Virus record (IMG/VR): IMGVR_UViG_3300032225_002143
Coordinates: 1-40,787 of that record
Length of the DNA stretch: 40,787 nucleotides
Direction: 5' to 3' (one strand)
DNA from: a virus
Taxonomy: Duplodnaviria; Caudoviricetes
The notes under the pieces are model-generated. The model was not told the DNA's origin. It saw nothing but the letters and a program-made list of their open reading frames with translations, and did no database searches. The number at the start of each line of letters is the position of its first letter. Position 1 is the first letter of the stretch. A program made the translations under genes and the position numbers. Shown here in pieces: positions 26,817-36,333 of this stretch.

Positions 26817-27712
26817 TTAAATTATTAAATTTATTAAACGAAGATGATTTTCAAAGTGAAGAACCATCATCATTCTCTAATGAACAAGAAGTAATCCAAG
26901 ACTATATAAATGAAATACCATCAGAAGGAACAACCATGGCTGATGTTATGGAAGATGTTGCTAATTACCCTCATGCCTTTCAGTTGAGATTATTAATGAG
27001 AATAGCAAAAGATGGATTATTAAATCTCAGCAATAGTAATATAAAAATTAAACCAGAGGGAGTATTAGATATGTTTAACACTCAATCTGATATAGCAATG
27101 GATGCTTTAACTAAGTATAATTTGAATGAAAATGAAATAGATTATTATATAGATAAAAACGGAAATAGACTTCAAGTTATTGATGCAAATTACCTACAAT
27201 ACCCAGGCCACGTAGTAGTAAAATACGATGATGGTGAACCAGTAGAATATAAAGGTAACTTTGAAGCAGATTTAAAAACAGGTATTATCAAGCGTTTAGA
27301 TAGTGAAATCGATGAAGCATTTTTTATTGGAGAAGATGATATTGATGAATATGATGTTAATGAAGATAATTTATATGAGGTGAAAGATTTTATTAAATTT
27401 ATGAAGGAATATAAAACATTCTTAGCTGAAGCATCATGTGATTGTGTAATGGAAGCTGAATATCATGGTCGTAATGTTCAATTGGGTAAACCAATGCAAG
27501 GTGATATTAAGAAATTTAAAGTATACGTTAAAAATAACAAAGGTAAAGTTGTAAAGGTTAATTTTGGATTTGGCGGAAAATCAGCACACGGTAAACGTAT
27601 GGTGATTAAAGCTAAAAACCCAAAACGCCGTAGCGCATACCGCAAAAGACATCACTGTGATAATCCAGGACCACGTTGGAAAGCAAATTATTGGTCTTGT
27701 AGAAAATGGTAA
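26813..27712 (+). CDS. MIKL-leader protein with acidic N-terminal region and basic C-terminal domain (DUF5754-like)
   Basis: C-terminal KKFKVYV...KVNFG...RRSAYRKRHHC...ANYWSCRKW. Confidence 0.65.
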   Translation: MIKLLNLLNEDDFQSEEPSSFSNEQEVIQDYINEIPSEGTTMADVMEDVANYPHAFQLRLLMRIAKDGLLNLSNSNIKIKPEGVLDMFNTQSDIAMDALTKYNLNENEIDYYIDKNGNRLQVIDANYLQYPGHVVVKYDDGEPVEYKGNFEADLKTGIIKRLDSEIDEAFFIGEDDIDEYDVNEDNLYEVKDFIKFMKEYKTFLAEASCDCVMEAEYHGRNVQLGKPMQGDIKKFKVYVKNNKGKVVKVNFGFGGKSAHGKRMVIKAKNPKRRSAYRKRHHCDNPGPRWKANYWSCRKW

Positions 27713-27715
27713 AAT

Positions 27716-30373
27716 ATGAGAGCAATAGATAAATTTATACTACACGTAGTACATAACTGGACAAATGAACTAAATGAAGCTTATAGCGAAAATGCTATTA
27801 AAGCATTTATTAAGAAATTTAGTGAAGAAGCAGACGATTTGAATATTGCTATATCAGAACCTCAATTAAGAGCATACATTGATCGTTTTGATACATTAAA
27901 AAATTCACCTAAGATTACTAATAAAGATTTAAACAGTGATTATTGGACTGTATCTAAATTAATTAGATTAGTTACCTCTACTAAAGGTGCTGAAGTTCCT
28001 GAAGAAATAGAAACTACTCCAGATGTTGTTTATAATCAGGATGGTTTAGTTATATACAATGGTTCTAAAGAAGGAAACTGTTTAACTTATGGTAGAGGTG
28101 AACAATGGTGTATTACTAAAGGATCATTTGGTAATTATCGCTATGATGCTAGCAGAAAAAATCCAACATTTTATTTGGTAAAAGATAATAATTTATCTGA
28201 TAGTGATCGTAAAAGTTTCTTTGTTGTTGTAGTAGGCAGTGATAACACATATAAAGTATCAGATAGATCAAATAATGATGTTGGTGGTGAAGGTACAGAA
28301 TGGGAAAGATGGGAACCATGGTCATTTGTTGAGCAAAATTTCCCATCAATTAGAGGATTAAGAAGTACATTTAAGTATATTCCTCTATCGTCTGCGGAAA
28401 AAATGAATCAGTCCTATAAAAATAGTGCTATTCCTATTAGGGAATTTATCAAATTTCCTTATTCTGTTAAAGAACAATATTTAGTTGTTAGAAAAGGTAA
28501 AGAACTATTTAAAGATGTTAGTACAGATGAATTTGTCTCAAAGTACCTTCCTTCATACCCACAATTAGCTACATTCATTTCAACTAACGCTGGTATTATA
28601 TCTAATGAAATTTTAGTAAAACATTTAGATAAGTTTTCTAATCAAGATACAAGATCTGTTATAGCTAACATGAGGGATAAAGTTAAAATTGACCTCCTAT
28701 CCTCTGAAGCTGTTCCATTTGCTGTGAAAAAATTATTAGTAATGGTAGATAAATGGAATATACCATCTAATGAAAGATTATATGTTACTAAAGATGGTAA
28801 TGCTATTGTTAAATTAAAATTTGAAGATGAAATATCTGTAGGTGTATATACAGCAGAAGATGATTATCCAAACATCAAATTAAATCAACGTACATCAAAA
28901 TATTTACTTGATTATCCTAAATTAGATGAATTACCATTTAATCGTTTACTTAAATTAGCTACGGATGGTATTGTAAATAAAGAATTCCTTGCTAAAGTTA
29001 TTGAAAAAGCCAAATCAGAAGAAAATTCAGCTATTATAATTAAAAAAGTAGAAGATGGTGAAATATTAGTTGATGCTAATTCATTTTCATCATATAAAAT
29101 AAAAGATGGTAATATAAATAAAGTACCATTTAATGATGAAGAAGTACAAACAGCTTTAGGTGAAGAAAAAGATAATACTGCTTTCCAACAAGGTGTAGTT
29201 AATATTATTAAATCATCAATAATAGAAAATAATAATATTCCTTCAACTATTGATAAAGATGCATTTGTATCTATTGTTAATGCGACTCCATATGATAAAA
29301 GAAAATTTACAGACAATGGCAGTAATGAAAATATTATATTAATCCCTGATGGTGTAAGTCAATATTCTATCTTTACAAAGAATATAAATCCATATCTTAA
29401 TCTTTTTGATACGTTATATAATTTTGGACGAAGAGGAGGATGGACAAGTAAAGATAATAATGATCCTATGGATGAAGGGGCATGGCGTGCTTACTTTAGT
29501 TGGATGAGAAATGAAAATAAGGTATATGATAGTGAGCAATTAATAAGAGCATGGAAAAGTACTTATGGTAATACTGATGCTAAAAAATCTTTTTTCAAAT
29601 CTCAACCTCCATTTACATCAACAGATCGCTACGCACCAGCAATAAACGGAAATTTATATTTTTTAGTAAATAAAGCTAATCCAAGAGAATCTCTTAGACT
29701 ATCATCATCAGGTAAATTAGTTAAAGCTAATATACCATCAGCAATGGCTCGTCAATTATTAGGTGCCACACCAGATCAAGCTACACCTACAGCACAATTT
29801 GGTGCTGGACAAGCAGTAGCAGCACCATTACGTGGTAGAGGTAGACCACCAGGTCAACCTAATGCCCCACGTGCCGCTGCACCAGCCGTAGATGCAGGTG
29901 GAGATTTAAATGTAGGGGAAATAATGGATGAAACAGGATTACTAACTGCATTTATGCGCTTACCACGTGCTGATTATAGAAGATTAAATGTAACAACTGG
30001 TGTTCGTGTTAATCCAAATGGTGATAGAGGTGCTGCTCGTCGTAATAATCAATTAGGAGCAGCGGGTCGCGTAGGTAGAGTTATTGAAGTTGGTTCTAGC
30101 AAAATATATTTTATTCGTTTAACAAACCAATCTATAATAGCATCTATCAATATACAACCAGGTAATAGAAATTATGTATTATTTCCTAATGCTCAAGGTA
30201 ATGTAATGGTACCAATGAATTCACCCGCTGAATTAATGCAAGCACTACGTCAACGTAACTTAGCTGAAGCCCAAAATTACATTGTACGTGAATATTTACA
30301 TCATAATCCACAACATATTGATGAGGTAAAATCATTACTAAAAAAACATATAGCTGAAACCAGAAATCAATAA
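27716..30373 (+). CDS. large protein with PcfJ-like WC motif and AT-hook
   Basis: CLTYGRGEQWCIT...FGNY...FYLV; RGRGRPPG; LNE after the leader. Confidence 0.6.
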   Translation: MRAIDKFILHVVHNWTNELNEAYSENAIKAFIKKFSEEADDLNIAISEPQLRAYIDRFDTLKNSPKITNKDLNSDYWTVSKLIRLVTSTKGAEVPEEIETTPDVVYNQDGLVIYNGSKEGNCLTYGRGEQWCITKGSFGNYRYDASRKNPTFYLVKDNNLSDSDRKSFFVVVVGSDNTYKVSDRSNNDVGGEGTEWERWEPWSFVEQNFPSIRGLRSTFKYIPLSSAEKMNQSYKNSAIPIREFIKFPYSVKEQYLVVRKGKELFKDVSTDEFVSKYLPSYPQLATFISTNAGIISNEILVKHLDKFSNQDTRSVIANMRDKVKIDLLSSEAVPFAVKKLLVMVDKWNIPSNERLYVTKDGNAIVKLKFEDEISVGVYTAEDDYPNIKLNQRTSKYLLDYPKLDELPFNRLLKLATDGIVNKEFLAKVIEKAKSEENSAIIIKKVEDGEILVDANSFSSYKIKDGNINKVPFNDEEVQTALGEEKDNTAFQQGVVNIIKSSIIENNNIPSTIDKDAFVSIVNATPYDKRKFTDNGSNENIILIPDGVSQYSIFTKNINPYLNLFDTLYNFGRRGGWTSKDNNDPMDEGAWRAYFSWMRNENKVYDSEQLIRAWKSTYGNTDAKKSFFKSQPPFTSTDRYAPAINGNLYFLVNKANPRESLRLSSSGKLVKANIPSAMARQLLGATPDQATPTAQFGAGQAVAAPLRGRGRPPGQPNAPRAAAPAVDAGGDLNVGEIMDETGLLTAFMRLPRADYRRLNVTTGVRVNPNGDRGAARRNNQLGAAGRVGRVIEVGSSKIYFIRLTNQSIIASINIQPGNRNYVLFPNAQGNVMVPMNSPAELMQALRQRNLAEAQNYIVREYLHHNPQHIDEVKSLLKKHIAETRNQ

Positions 30374-30380
30374 TATTTAT
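30373..30380 (+). promoter_or_regulatory. putative late promoter ATATTTAT
   Basis: Intergenic copy before ORF 30401. Confidence 0.65.
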
Positions 30381-30400
30381 ATATATAAACATAAAAAACA

Positions 30401-30976
30401 ATGAATAACTACGCATTACGCTTATTTGTACGCAGCATTATAGCTGAAGCTAAAGACAATAAAGAAAAAGAAGCCAAAAAAACGCCAAAAAAAGAAGAGA
30501 AAGCTCCTAAAAGCGATGGTAAATTGGTAGATCTTAAAAAAGAATTAGCTGCTCTTGAACAATATAAAGATGAATTACAAGCTGCTAAATTTGCTGAAAA
30601 AACAGCATCAACTGAAGTTGAATTTGCTAATTTAGCTCATTTCGCTAAAGAATTAAATGCTCTTAAAGAGCGTGGTGTTGAATTAGAAAAAGAAGTTGAT
30701 GAAAAAATTGCTGAGCTTAAAGAAAAAATTTCTGATGAGAAAAATAAAATCAAAGAAATGATGGGTCTTACACCTGAAAAGAAAAAAAAGCCAAAAATGA
30801 TGGGTGAAGAAAAAGAAGAAGAAATGAATGAAGCTCGCTTTAAGAAAGGTACTGATATTGGTAAGAAAGGTCCTGGATTTGCTAAGATTGAAAAATCAGC
30901 AGCTAAAAAATATGGTTCAGAAGAAGCTGGTAAAAAAGTAGCTGGTGCTATTCTTAAAAAAGTCATAAAGAAATAA
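30401..30976 (+). CDS. Lys/Glu-rich coiled-coil head-internal/scaffold-like protein
   Basis: IIAE leader, coiled coil, MNE followed by a basic C-terminal module. Confidence 0.65.
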   Translation: MNNYALRLFVRSIIAEAKDNKEKEAKKTPKKEEKAPKSDGKLVDLKKELAALEQYKDELQAAKFAEKTASTEVEFANLAHFAKELNALKERGVELEKEVDEKIAELKEKISDEKNKIKEMMGLTPEKKKKPKMMGEEKEEEMNEARFKKGTDIGKKGPGFAKIEKSAAKKYGSEEAGKKVAGAILKKVIKK

Positions 30977-30978
30977 CA

Positions 30979-31614
30979 ATGATTAAATTAGCTGAATTAT
31001 TAGCAGAAACTACAGAATATTTTAAACCTAAAATATCTAAAAATTCAATTCATCCTAACTTCTTAACTGTGAATATTAAATATCCAGTAGGAGCAGGAGG
31101 TGCTTTAATGGCTTTAGGTTCAAAAACATCTTCTGGTCAACAAAGAGAAGAAGGAGCAGCTAAGGCTATGGCAATAGCTAATAAAGTTGCTGAAGAATTA
31201 CAAGCAAAATATAACATTGAAGATATTGAAGTATCAGATTTAGAAAATGGTACTGTACAGGTATTTGCTGTTTCTGATGATTTTATTAATAAATCAATGT
31301 CTGAAAAGATGGATCCTGTAGGAAAAGAAGATGATGATATCAACAATGATGGTAAAGTAGATAAAACAGATAAATACCTTGCTAATCGCCGTAAAGCTAT
31401 AGCTAAAAATATTAAAGAAAACGAAGATCACGAAGCATCAATGGCTAAAGGAGAATTACGCGATATGCTCATGAACGGAGCAAAATTATACCAAATGATC
31501 GAACCAGGAGAAGATCTGCCAGGTTGGGTTTCAGCATACATTACATTAGCATCAGATTATATTCATAGTGTAACTGAATATATGACTGAAAAAGAAGCTG
31601 AAGAATATGAATAA
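30979..31614 (+). CDS. MIKL-leader multi-module protein with EF-hand-like loop
   Basis: [10 protein letters not shown]; [12 protein letters not shown]; DHEASMA...LPGWV module. Confidence 0.7.
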   Translation: MIKLAELLAETTEYFKPKISKNSIHPNFLTVNIKYPVGAGGALMALGSKTSSGQQREEGAAKAMAIANKVAEELQAKYNIEDIEVSDLENGTVQVFAVSDDFINKSMSEKMDPVGKEDDDINNDGKVDKTDKYLANRRKAIAKNIKENEDHEASMAKGELRDMLMNGAKLYQMIEPGEDLPGWVSAYITLASDYIHSVTEYMTEKEAEEYE

Positions 31615-32164
31615 ACAACTATTATTAGAAAAATATATTAAGGTAGCTGTTAAGAAAGCTCTTAAAGAACAAGAAGAACAACAGCGAAAAGCAGAAAAAG
31701 CGATGTACATGGTATATCGCTTCCCTGGACTAAAAAAGCTAATGGAAGACTTGATGTCTCCTGCTTTTGGTCGTTACGTTAATGGTATTAATATAGTTGC
31801 ACCTAAACCAACAACATTCAAAGTTGACCTAACCAATGGCCAAGATTTTAGTATTAAATATCTAGGTAAAGATAATTTCCAAATTAAAGTAGCAGGTAAA
31901 AAATATGATCCACTTAATTTAGGTGAATTAGAGCGTGCTTCACAAGGTATAGCTGATTTATTAGAATTAAATTACGCACCTAAAGAAGGAGCTGAAGGTG
32001 GAGGATCAACACCAACTGAATCACCAGCAGTATCAGGAGCTGAATTAGGCCCTGATTTAGCAGCAGCTGGAGCAGCTGAAACGGCTCCACCAGCAGGCGA
32101 AACACCACCAGCTGAAGGTGAAGCAGCACCCGCAGAAGAAACACCACCAGCAGAAGAAAAATAA
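31607..32164 (+). CDS. hypothetical late protein with acidic Pro/Ala-rich tail
   Basis: LLE/LKE leader; repeated ETPPA(E) units at the C-terminus. Confidence 0.7.
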   Translation: MNKQLLLEKYIKVAVKKALKEQEEQQRKAEKAMYMVYRFPGLKKLMEDLMSPAFGRYVNGINIVAPKPTTFKVDLTNGQDFSIKYLGKDNFQIKVAGKKYDPLNLGELERASQGIADLLELNYAPKEGAEGGGSTPTESPAVSGAELGPDLAAAGAAETAPPAGETPPAEGEAAPAEETPPAEEK

Positions 32165-32165
32165 T

Positions 32166-33215
32166 ATGAAAGTTATAGACAATATACTACTTGAATGGTC
32201 ATACAAATGTCCAGATGGAATCGTTGATTTAAATGATCCTGATAAAGTTAAAATTTTATTTGAAATATTAAAACCTTATTTAAAGGAAGATATTGATGAT
32301 GATATTTTAAATGTATTGACTAATATTGATAATGTTAATACAAAAGAAAAAGTACTAAAATATCTTCAAAAATTAAATAAAAAAGAAGATAAAATAGAAG
32401 ATGAAGTAGAAGATACTTTAGAAAAGGAATTAAAAGCTAAAGGTTTTAATGAAGAAATAACAGAATACATTTCATTATTAGCTTCAAAATATGAAATAAC
32501 AGATGAATTAAAGGATTATTTAAAATCAAACCAATTATTATCTTTAAGTGATTTAGGTACAAGTGGTAATTTATATGATATAATAAAAACCAAAACTGAT
32601 TTTCCTGAAGGTTTTATTAAACGAATAATGACTTATACTCCTAGTGAAGGAAATAAAGCATTAGGTATTGGAGAAATAGCTTTAGCTTTATTTTTTGATG
32701 CTAAAAAACAAAAAATAGGAGATATTGAAATAAATGGTAAAACAATAGAACTTAAAGGATCTGGAGCTAGATTCCCAGGAACAGGAACAGGAAGATCAGG
32801 CGATATTAGCTCATTATATCAAGATTTTAATAATAAGTACCCTAATATAAAATTAGGGCCTAAAAGTTCTTCTCTTGCATTTTATATAAGCCAAATTACC
32901 AAACAGGATCCAAATAGCTTAAATTTTATTAATGATGAATTAAATAAACTTTATCCAAATGCGGGTAATAATATAAAATTAAAAAACGAAGATATATCTG
33001 ATATAGAAAGTATTAAAAATGTTTTATTTAAAAAGTATATAGATAATTATGTAAAAGCGTATAAAGAAAATGATTATTATATGCTTATATCAAAAATTAC
33101 ATCTGATTATGAATTATATACTTCTGAGGAACTAGTAAAAGCAGCAAGTGATGGTACTATATCTTTTATATCTACTCAATCCAAATCAAATTCATACCCA
33201 CAATTAGATATATGA
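32166..33215 (+). CDS. restriction-endonuclease-like PD-(D/E)xK protein
   Basis: LGIGEIAL...IGDIEINGKTIELKG; start moved to ATG 32166 (MKVIDNILLEW). Confidence 0.6.
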   Translation: MKVIDNILLEWSYKCPDGIVDLNDPDKVKILFEILKPYLKEDIDDDILNVLTNIDNVNTKEKVLKYLQKLNKKEDKIEDEVEDTLEKELKAKGFNEEITEYISLLASKYEITDELKDYLKSNQLLSLSDLGTSGNLYDIIKTKTDFPEGFIKRIMTYTPSEGNKALGIGEIALALFFDAKKQKIGDIEINGKTIELKGSGARFPGTGTGRSGDISSLYQDFNNKYPNIKLGPKSSSLAFYISQITKQDPNSLNFINDELNKLYPNAGNNIKLKNEDISDIESIKNVLFKKYIDNYVKAYKENDYYMLISKITSDYELYTSEELVKAASDGTISFISTQSKSNSYPQLDI

Positions 33216-33454
33216 TGACACAATTTAACCCAACAGACAAAATAACAGTAGACGTACCTTTATTCATACGCCTATTAGAATACGCTCGCGAAGACGCTAA
33301 AACCGATATGGATTTACATAACGTAGCTGAAAACGCTATTGCATTAAGTGAAACAGGTAAAACATTAACTATGGCTCAATACGATGAAATAGTTAGAAAC
33401 CCACAACAAGAATTACAAGAACGTTTAAAAAGATTAGCAAATATACTAAAATAA
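33212..33454 (+). CDS. small helical phage protein
   Basis: DVPLFIRLLEYAREDA; C-terminal LQERLKRLANIL motif. Confidence 0.7.
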   Translation: MMTQFNPTDKITVDVPLFIRLLEYAREDAKTDMDLHNVAENAIALSETGKTLTMAQYDEIVRNPQQELQERLKRLANILK

Positions 33455-33460
33455 AAATTT

Positions 33461-33721
33461 ATGAATTTCAGACAACAACAATTTAGACAATCAGTACAAC
33501 AACTACAACATCTTGAAATTGCTAAAACACAATCAACATTTGTAAAAGCAGAACCAACACCAGAACCAGTAGTATCTACTCCTGAACCAGTTGCAGAAGT
33601 TGTAGAACCAACTCCTGTAATATCTGAAGAAACACCAGTAGTTGAAACACCAATAGAAACAGAACCAGAAATACCATCAATACCTGAAAATAGGTTTGAA
33701 AGTATATTTCCACGTATATAA
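33461..33721 (+). CDS. Pro/Glu-rich low-complexity protein
   Basis: 86 aa with EPTPEPVV/ETPVV repeats. Confidence 0.6.
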   Translation: MNFRQQQFRQSVQQLQHLEIAKTQSTFVKAEPTPEPVVSTPEPVAEVVEPTPVISEETPVVETPIETEPEIPSIPENRFESIFPRI

Positions 33722-33727
33722 CATATA

Positions 33728-33774
33728 GACAGATTCATAGCCTGTCGACTAATAACTAATATTATGCAGTTGTG
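33728..33774 (+). ncRNA. candidate H-type pseudoknot RNA element
   Basis: GACAG/CTGTC stem; loop CATAGC can pair with GTTGTG(33769-33774). Confidence 0.35.
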
Positions 33775-33807
33775 GCGCACCTAAAGGGTGCGCCCTCTCT
33801 TTGTTTG
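33774..33807 (+). terminator. GC-rich hairpin, probable intrinsic terminator
   Basis: GGCGCACC-TAAAG-GGTGCGCC followed by CTCTCTTTGTTTG. Confidence 0.7.
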
Positions 33808-33830
33808 TCAAAATAAAAATTATATATTCA
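33800..33830 (+). promoter_or_regulatory. host-type promoter for the FAD oxidoreductase
   Basis: TTTG-N19-TATATTCA; ATG 33836 follows. Confidence 0.55.
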
Positions 33831-33835
33831 ATAAT

Positions 33836-35137
33836 ATGCAAAAGAAAATCGTAATCGTAGGCGCCGGTGTAGCGGGCATAAACGCTGCAACTAAACTAGT
33901 AGACAACAACTATCCAGGAGAACTAATTACCATTATAGATAAAGGTAATGATCCTTATGTTCGCAAACCAGAAGAAGTGATGACAGGATTTGCAGGAGCT
34001 GGAGGTTTCTCAGATGGTAAACTTACTTATCATACATCTATTGGAGGACAATTATCAAAATATTGTGGTGAAGAGAAAGCCTACAATTTAATGGATCAAT
34101 CTATTGAAATGTGGAAACGTTTCCACCCAGACCCATCTAAAATAATGTACTCAGACCCACAAGCTGAACCAGACTTTATTAAACCATACTTTGGCTTACG
34201 CCTATTCCCCGTCTACCACATAGGTACAGATTATTTACATGAAATAGGAAAACGTTGGTATCAATATTTAGTTAATAAGGGTGTTCATTTCATTTGGAAT
34301 GCTGAGGTTAAAAAAATAATTTTTGGTGAGAATGGATTATTATATCAAAAATCAACAGAAACAACATTTAGAGCAAAACAATACGACGAACTAATATTCG
34401 CTGTAGGTAAATCAGGTATTGACTTTGCACAACAACTATCAGACGACTATAAATTACCAACTGAACCTAAATCGGTTCAAATAGGTGTTCGATTTGAAGC
34501 ACCACAAAAATATTTTCAGAAATTAATAGACATATCATATGATTTCAAATTATATCAGAAATACGAAAATGTTTCTCTACGTAGCTTTTGTACTAATAAC
34601 AATGCCGCTTACGTGGCCGTGGAGGAAACGTACGGCGATGTCACGTACAACGGCCATGCGAAAAAGGGTGAACAATTCCGAAACGATATGACCAATTTTG
34701 GTATATTAATGGAAATTAAAGGTATTGAAGATCCATTTAAGTGGTCACGTTATGTAGTAGAACAATTACAAGTTGATGGTACTGGATTATATTACTCACC
34801 AAATAAAACACGTACACCTGGCCAAACATCAGAAGGTGCTATAGTATCATCTTATCAAATAGATGATCTGGAACATTTTGATGAAGTATTAGGTGAATAT
34901 GCTGAATATGTTACTAATTTTATTGACCAAATGAATAAGATATTCAAATTTGGCAATGATTGGGGTATGTATATTCCCGAGGTAAAATATCTATCACCAG
35001 AACCACTAGTAAACTACACTAATTTATCATTAAATGAATATCCAAATGTACACTTTGTTGGAGATGCATTGAGTGCTCGTGGTATTACAGTATCAGGTGC
35101 GCATGGAATTTATGTTGCTGAATATTTATTGGCATGA
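33836..35137 (+). CDS. FAD-dependent oxidoreductase (COG2509-like)
   Basis: IVIVGAGVAG Rossmann motif; GFAGAGGFSDGKL; GVRFE; RSFCTN; VGDALSARGI. The track's GTG start at 33788 lies inside the terminator. Confidence 0.88.
   Translation: MQKKIVIVGAGVAGINAATKLVDNNYPGELITIIDKGNDPYVRKPEEVMTGFAGAGGFSDGKLTYHTSIGGQLSKYCGEEKAYNLMDQSIEMWKRFHPDPSKIMYSDPQAEPDFIKPYFGLRLFPVYHIGTDYLHEIGKRWYQYLVNKGVHFIWNAEVKKIIFGENGLLYQKSTETTFRAKQYDELIFAVGKSGIDFAQQLSDDYKLPTEPKSVQIGVRFEAPQKYFQKLIDISYDFKLYQKYENVSLRSFCTNNNAAYVAVEETYGDVTYNGHAKKGEQFRNDMTNFGILMEIKGIEDPFKWSRYVVEQLQVDGTGLYYSPNKTRTPGQTSEGAIVSSYQIDDLEHFDEVLGEYAEYVTNFIDQMNKIFKFGNDWGMYIPEVKYLSPEPLVNYTNLSLNEYPNVHFVGDALSARGITVSGAHGIYVAEYLLA
35122..35129 (+). promoter_or_regulatory. 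putative late promoter ATATTTAT
   Basis: Within the 3' end of the FAD gene, just upstream of MIKL gene 35134. Confidence 0.55.
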
Positions 35138-35883
35138 TTAAACTAATGGATCTCATACTAGAAGTAAAATTGTCTCCAAAAGAACAGGAACAATATAAAA
35201 AAGCGTTAGCAATACTACAAGATGAAACCTTAGACGAAGGTATTAAGGATTCACTTAAAAAGTTAGGCCTATCAGCCGCAGTAATAGCTGCACTGATGGC
35301 CTCTCCTCAACTTAGCTCAGCACAAAAATCAATAGTTCAAGATTTGAAAGGTCAAACAACAATGACTGCTAAATCTGAACGTACTGGTACAGATGTTGAT
35401 GGTATTAATGGTTATTACACATCACAATTTCAATTTCCAACAGCTTTTATGCATGATCTAAATAGTAATAAAATATTAGATCTTGGAATTCAAGGAAATG
35501 AAGTAACAAAAATAATTAATAGTACTGGCCTATCAGTTAAACAAATGGCTGAATGGAATAACTATGTTAAATGGATGATATCAAAAGGATTTTCAGGAAA
35601 CAAACAAATGGATCGTATTGGTTTTAGTGAAAATGTATTAAAACAATATAAACAAGAAAATCCAGGATTCTGGGTTAAGAGCAGTGATGATATTAAAAAT
35701 ATTCAAACTGTTTTAAAAGCATATCGTTTATATACTATAGCTTCATGGGAATTAGGAATTAAACAAGCAATAAAAATGGGTTTTAAACCAGTAGATATAC
35801 AAATGAGTGGAAAAGCAATGGACCCATCAAATCCAGAGGATGTTAAACGAGTAGAATCAAATTATATGCTTTGGGCAAAATAA
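35134..35883 (+). CDS. MIKL-leader protein with internal signal-peptide-like segment
   Basis: MIKLMDLILE...LDE-GIKDSLKKLGLSAAVIAALMASPQLSSAQ. Confidence 0.7.
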   Translation: MIKLMDLILEVKLSPKEQEQYKKALAILQDETLDEGIKDSLKKLGLSAAVIAALMASPQLSSAQKSIVQDLKGQTTMTAKSERTGTDVDGINGYYTSQFQFPTAFMHDLNSNKILDLGIQGNEVTKIINSTGLSVKQMAEWNNYVKWMISKGFSGNKQMDRIGFSENVLKQYKQENPGFWVKSSDDIKNIQTVLKAYRLYTIASWELGIKQAIKMGFKPVDIQMSGKAMDPSNPEDVKRVESNYMLWAK

Positions 35884-35904
35884 AAATTTATAAATTTATA
35901 ATAA

Positions 35905-36333
35905 ATGACTAAACAAGAACTACGCGAAGCTATCCGTAAAATAATTAAACAAGAATTAAACGAAGAGAAAACAGTTCCTAACCCTAATGCAGGTAAATGG
36001 AGAATAGTAGGTATTGAATCTGGAAATCCATTAACTAAAGAATTTTATAGTTCTAAAGAAGAAGCTCAAGCTGCTTCTAGAAAATTAAGAACTAAAGAAT
36101 CTGGAGTGAAAATTATACAGCTAAAAGACACAATGAAAATGTCTGAAAACGCTCCTGCACCTGCCAAACCAACTACTGCACCAGGAGTTAAAGAACCCCC
36201 TGCAAAAACACCAGGTAAGAAAGAACCACGTCGCCCATTAGGAAATCCTAATGTAAAACCTCAACCTAAAGCTACTATGAAGGAAGCTGAAATGTTAAAA
36301 CAAGTAATTAAACGTTTTAAATCTAAAAAATAA
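35905..36333 (+). CDS. hypothetical late protein with Pro/Lys-rich module
   Basis: MTKQELREAIRKIIKQELNE leader; MSE and MKE flank the PAPAKP module. Confidence 0.7.
   Translation: MTKQELREAIRKIIKQELNEEKTVPNPNAGKWRIVGIESGNPLTKEFYSSKEEAQAASRKLRTKESGVKIIQLKDTMKMSENAPAPAKPTTAPGVKEPPAKTPGKKEPRRPLGNPNVKPQPKATMKEAEMLKQVIKRFKSKK

Noticed and set aside
33461-35137. Pseudoknot-stimulated read-through fusing ORF 33461 to the in-frame FAD gene
   Set aside because: Two TAA stops (33719, 33782) and a terminator intervene, and the FAD gene has its own promoter and ATG.
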